A stretch of 64,000 nucleotides of DNA from Piromyces finnis finn (Eukaryota; Fungi; Neocallimastigomycota). The translations under genes were made by a program, and so were the position numbers. This document shows, in pieces, positions 52,601-61,295 of this stretch. Positions within the stretch are counted from its first letter, which is position 1. The number at the start of each line of letters is the position of its first letter. The notes under the pieces were generated by a model that searched no databases, had not been told where the DNA came from, and worked only from the letters and a program-made list of their open reading frames with translations. Where the stretch lies: assembly GCA_002104945.1 (NCBI GenBank), contig MCFH01000005.1:186001-250000 (forward strand), given 5' to 3'.

Positions 52601-52698
52601 ACGCCGCTGCTTCTGCTTGCTGGTCCAAGCCATACTCAGCTAGTCAAAACGAAGAATGTAATGCAATTAGTTCTATTTGTCAAAAGATTTGGAATTAA
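49618..52698 (+). CDS. Secreted 1026-aa protein: signal peptide, 6-Cys domain, 95 x KTLPVTS(A/S)(G/A) repeats, second 6-Cys domain
   Basis: Single intronless ORF with signal MKNTIIGTLLLLAATASKA. N- and C-terminal domains both have C-x6-C-x7-C-x6-CW-x11-C-x6-C-x2-IW spacing. Confidence 0.9.
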   Translation: MKNTIIGTLLLLAATASKAANPYLVCGSEDFNCKQQQASKCQEAANACWQKPWSENIQQECNTLNGYCSEIWSYQGPANVVSPTTTKVITITTNNAKTLPVTSAGKTLPVTSAGKTLPVTSSGKTLPVTSSGKTLPVTSSGKTLPVTSSGKTLPVTSSGKTLPVTSSGKTLPVTSSGKTLPVTSSGKTLPVTSSGKTLPVTSSGKTLPVTSSGKTLPVTSAGKTLPVTSAGKTLPVTSAGKTLPVTSAGKTLPVTSAGKTLPVTSAGKTLPVTSAGKTLPVTSAGKTLPVTSAGKTLPVTSAGKTLPVTSSGKTLPVTSSGKTLPVTSSGKTLPVTSSGKTLPVTSSGKTLPVTSSGKTLPVTSSGKTLPVTSSGKTLPVTSAGKTLPVTSAGKTLPVTSAGKTLPVTSAGKTLPVTSSGKTLPVTSSGKTLPVTSSGKTLPVTSSGKTLPVTSSGKTLPVTSSGKTLPVTSSGKTLPVTSAGKTLPVTSAGKTLPVTSAGKTLPVTSAGKTLPVTSSGKTLPVTSSGKTLPVTSSGKTLPVTSSGKTLPVTSSGKTLPVTSSGKTLPVTSSGKTLPVTSSGKTLPVTSSGKTLPVTSSGKTLPVTSAGKTLPVTSAGKTLPVTSAAKTLPVTSAGKTLPVTSAGKTLPVTSSGKTLPVTSAGKTLPVTSSGKTLPVTSSGKTLPVTSAGKTLPVTSSGKTLPVTSSGKTLPVTSSGKTLPVTSSGKTLPVTSAGKTLPVTSAGKTLPVTSAGKTLPVTSAGKTLPVTSAGKTLPVTSAGKTLPVTSAGKTLPVTSAGKTLPVTSAGKTLPVTSAGKTLPVTSAGKTLPVTSAGKTLPVTSAGKTLPVTSASAGKTLPVTSAGKTLPVTSAGKTLPVTSAGKTLPVTSAGKTLPVTSAGKTLPVTSAAKTLPVTSAAKTLPVTSAAKTLPVTSAAKTLPVTSSGKTLPVTSAAKTVPSSTRTTQVNPQPTNQVNDYLSCDSQDWSCKTKKSDECYAAASACWSKPYSASQNEECNAISSICQKIWN
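49906..52476 (+). repeat. Coding minisatellite, 95 x 27 bp plus one 6-bp duplication at 52165-52176
   Basis: Unit AAGAC(T/C)CT(C/T)CCAGT(C/T)ACTTC(TG/CT)CTG(G/C)T; span 2571 bp = 95 x 27 + 6. Confidence 0.95.
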
Positions 52699-52818
52699 AA
52701 ATATGTTTGAATTTATTTTAAATACATAATTAATTTAAGAACTCAATAATTAATATTTGAATAATGAAAATTCAAGAAAAAAAAAAAGCATAAAAATTAT
52801 GTTATGTTAAATAATGTA

Positions 52819-52950
52819 ATTTAATGCTTTATTTATAGAAAAGTTCGTTTATTAATATTATATATTATATAAATATATAATAAATTTAATGCTTTATTTA
52901 TAGAAAAGTTCGTTTATTAATATTATATATTATATAAATATATAATAAAT
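52819..52950 (+). repeat. 65-bp perfect tandem duplication downstream of the repeat-protein gene
   Basis: ATTTAATGCTTTATTTATAGAAAAGTTCGTTTATTAATATTATATATTATATAAATATATAATAA occurs twice in a row. Confidence 0.9.
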
Positions 52951-53130
52951 TATAAAAATTATTTATAAATAAAATCTACATTTAAAATTAAAAACAGCAA
53001 AATAAATAGCTAATAACATTTTATTAAAAAATAATAGAAATAAAAGTAAAAATAAAAAAAAAAAAAAATGAAATAAAAAAATAAAATAAAATTAAGAGAT
53101 TTATTGTTGGATTTTATTTATTATTATTAA

Positions 53131-53370
53131 TTGCAAGTGTGGTGTTCAAAGTATTAAACATTGGTTATTAGATTGTCCAACATTTAGAGATATCCGTATT
53201 AAACATTATGATTCTATAGTCCAGCTATTAAATTTTTTCAGTCAACGCAACCAATGGAGATCATAATTTTGTTCCATGACAAAATTTTGATCTTTGGCTC
53301 GGTGTCCCATTGAAAGTCAAATACAATTATTATACTTTAGTATAATAGTGGCTTTCTTACTTTAATTAAA
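53131..53370 (+). mobile_element. Internally deleted 3' fragment of the non-LTR element
   Basis: Matches 58859-58984, then jumps about 570 bp to the sequence at about 59556 (CAACCAATGGAG) and runs through the 3' UTR. It lacks the 8-bp duplication seen in the long copy. Confidence 0.9.
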
Positions 53371-54138
53371 TTTTATTCTTAAATTATTCAACCATATTTG
53401 GGATGGAGATAATAGTAGTAATAACAATAGTAATAGTAACAATAGTAATAGTAACAATAGTAATAATAACAATAATAGAAATAATAATATTAGTAATGAT
53501 AGCAATAGTGAAGATAATAATTCTAATTTAGATAGTAATTTAGTTAATGATAGTAATAGTTCTAATAATCCGGTGAATATTAATGTGTATGATTATTCTA
53601 GTGTGTGCAGTAAAATATTTAAATTCCTTCTTGGGGGAAGAAGTTTTAACAATATTAATTACAATTCAAGGGAATGGAAAGAACTTTGTAAGCGTCAGAT
53701 TCAATCTGGTACTAATGAAGGAGCACCATTCTTGACGGTAACCGCGGAACTTCTAACCAAAATCATGCCTTTTGCTATTGGCCAGCAATGGTCAATGTTC
53801 AAAAGGTTTGAAGCAACATCCAAGAGCGTCAATGCTGAAGAAACAGTAAGACAGGCCAGGAGGGCCAGCGCAACCAATGGAGATCATAATTTTGTTCCAT
53901 GACAAAATTTTGGTCTTTGGCTCGGTGTCCCATTGGAAGTCAAATACAATTATTATACTTTAGTATGATAGTGGCTTTCTTACTTTAATTAAAATTACTA
54001 GAATACATTATACCCAATTTTTATTCATTTGTGTTTATTTAAACATATTTTTTTTTTATTTTTATTTATTTTTAATTTTTTATTACATGTATTATAATTT
54101 TAATTAAATTAATAATAAAGTTTAAAATATTTGATGCC

Positions 54139-54195
<57 letters not shown>

Positions 54196-54261
54196 GGATG
54201 GAGATTTCCCCAACTCATGGAATGAATCCAGTATTGTTTCCATTCCTAAGAAGGGAGATTT
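53365..54261 (+). mobile_element. Short RT-domain fragment of the same element, split by a nested insertion
   Basis: 53365-53410 and 54193-54261 together match 57313-57412 (LNFILKLFN.IWDGDFPNSWNESSIVSIPKKGD). Confidence 0.88.
53411..54192 (+). mobile_element. 5'-truncated copy of the element + about 135 bp of non-element 3' sequence + poly(A) of about 50 nt, flanked by the 13-bp TSD TTGGGATGGAGAT
   Basis: 53411-54004 matches 59064-59685 with a shorter Asn tract. AATAAA at about 54114, poly(A) at 54142-54192, direct repeats at 53398-53410 and 54193-54205. Confidence 0.85.
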
Positions 54262-54430
54262 CCCTCTTGGGAACGTGCCTTCATTTATTTAATAAATGTA
54301 GTTTCTCAAGGGGGTCTACTCATGCTCATGGTACTGAGAGAGTAGAAAGAATTAAATCCAAGTATTGCGCAATGGATGCTTGGTTAGTCTTTAAGGGAAA
54401 ATTATTAGGACTAAGCTCATGGTACTGAGC
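54262..54430 (+). ncRNA. Candidate structured RNA (six contiguous hairpins) at the presumed 5' end of the long retroelement
   Basis: Stems read by eye: 54262-74/54301-14, 54282-88/54292-98, 54315-21/54340-46 with inner 54325-28/54335-38, 54358-64/54377-83, 54384-90/54408-14, 54415-19/54426-30. Confidence 0.5.
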
Positions 54431-55026
54431 GATTAAAAAACATTTTATTCATCGAATTTGAGTATTTGATGAATAAGTTGAATGTTTGATATTCAGGTAA
54501 GTTTGTATAGTATTTAATTAGAAGAGTAATACATTTTGTTGCTGTATTTTTTCTTTTATTCATGTATTCATGTAGTACTACTCTTCTCTTGTAAGAATCC
54601 AATGTAGTCAACTTTAGCATTTGCATTGTATTTTTATATTCATGTAGCTATTGTTGTATTGTTTCTTGTAAGAGACTGATTCACTCTACATCATGTAAAA
54701 ATACTATTCACAAGCTTTCTGGTGTCGACATTCTTGATTCAAATTTTTACAAATTTAAATATTTAATGAAAAGTAAAGTCAAACAAGTTTAGTGTCAAAA
54801 AGCGATTCGAATTTACTAACAACAAAACAAAACTAGAATTTTTAAAGAAAATTTACAACTAGAATTCAAAAAAAAGAAACTTTAAACAAAGCATCGTAAC
54901 AATTTTTGTACTATCCAGTACTTTTAAGAAGAGAGAGAGAGACAGATTTTTTTCCATATACGTTAATTTGTAATTTTTATTAGTATTTATTTTATATTCA
55001 ATATTTTTTAATTAGAATTTATTATC

Positions 55027-58000
55027 ATGTCAGTCCTTTATATTAAAGATAAGAATTATATCAGACGTGGTACCCGGTCTTATGGTATCCCCTTAGATGA
55101 TATTCGCTCCTTCTTTATCCGTGGTATTCGATCATGGTCAGTAAATATGCTATGGGAAAAACTCGAGGTTATTCTAGAAGATAAATTTAATTCAGTTATT
55201 AGTGTTAAATATTTTCAAACTTTCAATGATCACTTTTTCTTAGTCAAGGTTCATGGTTCATCAAAAGATTGTATTAAAATCTTACACATGTTAAAGAAGA
55301 AACTTTCAGTTACCTCAATTTCCTTTTCAGCTCGTAGTAGAAGGAATCACAAATACACTTTTTCCACTCTCAAATGTAAAATTTTAGTTTCTAATAAACA
55401 TCAACATTCTATTCAACAATCATTTCAACAATCAGTTCAACAATCTCATCAACAATCCGATCTTCAACAAGATCTTCAACAAGATCTTCAACAAGTTTCC
55501 CATCATGAAAATATTCCAGATCTACAGCAAACACAATTTCAATCTCAACATTCAACAATTAATTCTAATAGTTCTATCAACTCTGATAACAGTTCAATAA
55601 TTAATAGTTCTTCAGTTTCACAGCCATCTAGTAATAGTTCTACTTATTCCTCTGATGCATCATCCATTAATAATGATGACTTTAATAATAGTAATAATAG
55701 CAACGATTCTTCCTCATCCTCATCCAACAAGCCTGATAACTTTTCTTTTTGTCTTAGTTGGAACACCAATGGGTGGAATCACGAAAAGAGAGATAGTATT
55801 AGCTATTTCACAGCTATTTTCAAACCATTATTTTTATGTTTCCAAGAAACTGGTAATGGTTCTGGATCGAATACAGATTATCCTTGTCGTGTTACTTTGC
55901 GAAACTATAGACACTTTTTCAAGAAAGCTGACGAATCAGTTCCTGGAATGAGAGGTTTATATTTAGGTTTTCACAATTCGTGTCAAGCCTCACTTGAAAA
56001 CTTCTCTGGAAAGTATATTATTTCTATTTATACTTTTAGTCTCTGGAATAGATTCAAATGCTCGATTGGAAATGTTTATATGCCTCATAGTCATCACAAC
56101 ATCTATGTTGATCATGCAAAGTTAGAAGTTCGCTTGTGGTTACAAACTCATTCATCCCATCCATCGATTCTTGTTGGTGATTTTAATATGTCTAAAGTAA
56201 AATTATCCAACTGGTTATCAACTAATGGATTAGGAGATTGGGAAATTCTTCCGCTTAGAGGGTCTACTATCTCTTGGACTCGAGGTGATCAATCTTCCGA
56301 CATTGACCATGCTCTTATCAATTCGAAGATGAAAGATCTTATTCACTCAGGATCATTTATAAATAATTTTTATCCTGTATCAGACCATAAGCCACTTCTT
56401 ATTAATGGTAAAATTATTCCTATGGAAGATTTTTCTAATGACTTTAATGTTCCTAAGAAAATTCTGAAATGGAATAGATTAAAATGTATTGAGGAAAAGG
56501 AATCTATTCTCAGTCATAATAAATTCCAAATACTTTCAGCAAAATTCAACGATCCTAATGTTTCTACAGATGAACTTTCCAAAGAGTTTACTTCAACTGC
56601 TTTTTCAATTGCAGACGAGCTCAGTATTACCTCAGCAAATAATGTTATAAAGTCTTCATTTCATATTTCACAACAAATTTTTAATCTTCAAAAAATCAAA
56701 ATGAAGTTGTATAAGAGATTTAAAAAAGAAAGGATTTATGATATAAATGAATTTATTAAAAGAATTAAAATCTACCGTAAGCTCATTGATTACATCCACA
56801 AAAGATGTAATGAATTTAGGAAGCAAGAATATCTTCATTGGATTAAAACAGGATGTGAGTATATGAAGAGTCATAATCCTAAGAAGGCCTGGAAATGGAT
56901 CAAGAAAACTGCAAAAATTGGAAAAGATTCTTTCTTTATTGCTCAACCAATTAAAAACAAAAACGGAGAATTAGTTGTTGCTACGGAAGAACAACTAGAA
57001 GTGTGGCATGATCATTTCGAAAACCTTGCATCAGATCCAAGTGGTGTAAGTCTTGATTTAGAGCATTGGTATGAAGAACCAACGAATAAATGTTTTTCAC
57101 TTCCTATGCTTGATGAGTGGGATATCAACCAAGATATTAGTATTGATGAAGTCAAGTCAGCTATCCTCTCTACTCCAAATTATAAAGCATCAGGTCCGGA
57201 TGGTATTCCAATTGAATTTTACAAAGCATTAATTCCATCAAGTAATGATTCTAATAATGCTACAGATAATAATTCTTCTAGTAATACCACTTCAGATAAT
57301 GATGCTCATGAGTTAAATTTTATTCTTAAATTATTCAACCGTATTTGGGATGGAGACTTCCCCAACTCATGGAATGAATCCAGTATTGTTTCTATTCCTA
57401 AGAAGGGAGATTTGACAGATTGTGATAACTATCGAGGTATATCACTTATCAATAATGGTATTAAGTTGATTTCCAAAATTGTCACCACTAGAATCTCAGA
57501 ATATGGTCTAAAGAATAATTTCATTAGACCTGAACAATTTGGTTTTCGAAAAAAGGAAGAAAGTATCAGTCTTTTCATTTCAATCCAAGAAATATGCCGT
57601 AGACGTCAATTAGATAATAAAGAGACATATTTGGCCTTTTTAGATCTCAGGAAAGCATACGATTCAGTCCCAATCGGTAATATTCTCCATAAATTAGATT
57701 GTTTAGGAATCCGAGGTAAGAGTTTACAATTTATCAAAAATTTATATTTAACATCTAAGGCTAATGTCAAATTAGATGGACAATTCTCGAAATCTTTTGA
57801 TGTGAAGAGAGGAGTCCGTCAAGGTTGCCCTCTTTCTCCTATTCTCTTTAATCTCTTTATTAATGATATATTTAAAGAGTGCGAAGATCTAGGAGTCAGT
57901 TTAGGTGACACTCGATGCTGTGGTGGACTTTTTGCAGATGATATAGTTATTTGTGCTCCAACAAGAGGATACTTAAAAAAGATGCTTAGAAGAGTTAATG

Positions 58001-59585
58001 AATGGGCCTTGTATAATGAAATGGAATTTGGTATCCAGAAATGTTCAACGATGGTGATTCGTCCTGAATCAATAGAAAATCAGAACAAGAGAGATCCAAC
58101 ATTTTACTTAGCAGGACAACCCATTGATTGTTATACTTATCTTGGTGTTCCATTTGATAAGAATTTGTCCCTTAAACCAGTAATTAAAGTTCTTAATAAC
58201 AAGGTTTTGAAAGGACTTTTTTCAGTCAGTAAATTCTTAAGAAATCCTAATATTCCTATTCCCTTCAAAAAACTAGTACTTAACTCTCAAGTGATTAGCA
58301 GAGTTTCATACTTTGCACCATTACTTGGATCCAACAAAGCTAGGTCTAGGATTGCTCAGAAGCATGTTAACAAAGGAATACGATGGATTGCCGGAGTTCA
58401 TAAAGCTGTATCGTTTATATCTTTATACTCTATCTCAAAAGATTTGAATATTCCTCCATTGTCAACCAAATGTGCTTTAGCTCAGGTTAGATGTTTTAAC
58501 AAATGGAAAAACTCAAATTGTATTATCTCATACCTTGTCAATTACATTCCTAAATTTAGAAAATACACGTGGTGCAAATCAAGTAGGACACTTGATAAAA
58601 AATTAAAGAAACATGGAGATGTTAAAGCAGTTAAAAACTTTTATTGGAAAGATCTCAAAGGGAATTCAATCAAAGCGCAATATTATGATGATAATAAATT
58701 TATTGAAACTAAAGATTTTATTAAATTATGTTATGAATACCCAGAGTTTGCCTATGGCTTCTACTGGCTATTGAAAACAAGAAGCGGATATAAGTTGGAT
58801 GCTAGAGTTGCCAAAGCTGCTAAATTTGTTGATCCAGTTTGTCCTAACTACTGTCCATGTTGCGAGTGTGGTGTTCAAAGTATTAAACATTGGTTATTTG
58901 GTTATTAGATTGTCCAACATTTAGAGATATCCGTATTAAACATTATGATTCCATAGTCCAGCTACTAAATTTTTTCAGTCAACGTAATTCCAACAGTCCT
59001 ATCAATAATAATGAAAATGTTAATATCAGTAGAGATAGCAATAACATTAATAGTAATAGTAACAATAGTAGTAATAACAATAGTAATAGTAACAATAGTA
59101 ATAATAACAATGGTAGTAATAGTAATATTAGAAATAGTACTAATAACAATAGTAGTAATAGAAATAATAATATTAGTAATGATAACAATAGTGATGATAA
59201 TAATTCTAATTTAGATAGTAATTTAGTTAATGATAGTAATAGTTCTAATAATCCGGTGAATATTAATGTGTATGATTATTTTAGTGTGTGCAGTAAAATA
59301 TTTAAATTCCTTCTTGGGGGAAGAAGTTTTAACAATATTAATTACAATTCAAGGGAATGGAAAGAACTTTGTAAGCGTCAGATTCAATCTGGCACTAATG
59401 AAGGAACACCATTTTTGACGGTAACAGCGGAACTTCTAACCAAAATCATGCCTTTTAATATTGGCCAGCAATGGTCAATGTTCAAAAGGTTTGAAACAAC
59501 ATCCAAGAGCGTCAATGCTGAAGAAACTGTAAGACAGGCCAGGAGGGCCAGCGCAACCAATGGAGATCATAATTTTGTTCCATGA
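55027..59585 (+). pseudogene. Retroelement polyprotein (reconstructed 1516 aa), frameshifted by an 8-bp duplication at 58890-58905
   Basis: ORFs 55027-58908 and 58890-59585 join if one TTGGTTAT is removed. The sister fragment at 53161-53168 has a single TTGGTTAT. Confidence 0.88.
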
Positions 59586-61295
59586 CAAAATTTTGATCTT
59601 TGGCTCGGTGTCATTGGAAGTCAAATACAATTATTATACTTTAGTATAATAGTGGCTTTCTTATTTTAGTTAAAATTACTAGAATTAAATTTGAATAATA
59701 CTTTAGTTTAAGTGGTAGTTTAGCAAATTATAATTTTAATGATTCAATGAATATTAACATTTAATTTCCTTTATGAGGATAAAGTTTTAATGATAATAAT
59801 AATTTAAGAGAATGGAAATATCTTTGCAAGTGTCAAGTTAGATCGGACACTTAGGAAGAATCTATGTTTTTAATAGGCATTATATATGGAACATCTAAAA
59901 AAAAAAACAACATAAATTCAAAAATTAAAATAAATAAAGCTAATTATTATTTTATTTATCATTTTAATTATTTAATATAAATTCAGTGTTTATTTTTATT
60001 TTTTCTTTTGATAAATTTTCACTTAAAAAAAATATAATGAAAAGATTGTTCAGAAAGCTTATTTTAAATATTACATATTTTAATAAAGGTTTTTTAGTAA
60101 ATTTATTAATTTTAATATATTTAAAATTTAAAAATTATTATAATTAATTATTATACAATATAAATATTATTCATAATATTATAAATATAACAGAATAATG
60201 AATAATTTATTATGAGTTTAATTTGATTATTATGGCTTAACAATAAATAATCTCTATTGCTTAAATATAATTTTATTTTTAATTTTAAAATCTTTAAAAT
60301 AGAATGGCTTGAATTTTAAATAATTCAATACTATTTTTTTTTTTTTAAAAAAGTAATATTCTTACAGCAAATGAAAATCGAGGAATTTTATGAAAAAATA
60401 CCAATAAAATTATATTAATTAACTTTTAATGATTCTAAATTTTTGAAATTTATGGAATTTGATTTTAACAAATAATAATAAAATAAGCATTTAGAATATG
60501 TTATATATAAAGAGTTAATATACCACTTTTTTAATTTTTATACATAAATATCCATCCTTTTCTTTTTTTTCATATTTATTACTAAATATATGAAAATATA
60601 ATTAAGTATTTTTTTTTTTTTTTTTTGAGTTCTGTCAGTGTATGTATTAAGTTTTAATAGTTAATTTTTTATATAAAACCGAAAATAATGTTAAATTATA
60701 TAAATATATATATTTTTTTTATTAATTATTAAATATAGAAAAATTTAAAAGAAGCTATTTTTTTAATATTCTATTAAAGATTATAGTTTTAATAATAATA
60801 ATAGTAAATTTTAAAATTATAATTTTGTTAGTATTATTTTGTATATTAATAATTTTGAAATGATAAATTATTATATTTAAATGTCTAATATTGTTTATTC
60901 TTTCATTTTATTGAATTTTCTTTGAACTAAATATATAATAAAAATCCTTTTAAAAGAATGAAACGTATTTAATTTTAATATAGTTTTTTAATATTTGGTC
61001 ATTTGACAAATTATTATTATTATTTTTTTTATTTTCAATTAAAAGGAAAATCACTTAATTATGTATGAAAAAAAAATTAAAGTAAATAAATATATTAAAT
61101 TGTAATAAAAAAATAGTTTATTAATTTATATATAATTGAATGATATATAAATGCTTTAAAAACTATAATTGAAATTGAAAATTCTATTTTAAAAAAAGTA
61201 ATAAATAAATAATAATAAAAGTATAAAAATCATATATCGTGATATTATAAATTTCCCTCGAATTTTTCAAAAAAAAAAAGAAAAAATAAAATAAA

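Larger units (their letters stand above)
54262..59685 (+). mobile_element. Near-full-length non-LTR retrotransposon (APE + RT + CCHC; single ORF; RTE/RTEX-like motifs)
   Basis: APE: CLSWNTNG, LCFQET, GDFN, DIDH, SDHKP. RT: GPDG, NYRGISL, QFGFR, LDLRKAYD, GVRQGCPLSP, LFADD. CCHC: CPCC-x8-H-x4-C. The 3' end AAAATTACTAGAAT is defined by the copy at 53991-54004. The 5' boundary is uncertain and no TSD was found. Confidence 0.92.

Noticed and set aside
54324-54429. 15-bp direct repeat as the TSD of a 76-bp insertion
   Set aside because: The enclosed sequence has no poly(A) tail or terminal inverted repeats, and each repeat is itself a hairpin. A repeated RNA motif is more parsimonious, though a TSD is not excluded.
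54262-55026. LTR or DIRS-type terminal repeat for the retroelement
   Set aside because: The sequence is not repeated at the 3' end. The ORF has APE and non-LTR RT motifs, with no integrase, protease or tyrosine recombinase.
59828-59852. Inverted repeat AAGTGTC...GACACTT downstream of the retroelement
   Set aside because: A single 7-bp stem with no second copy in the window is too weak to call a MITE or RNA.
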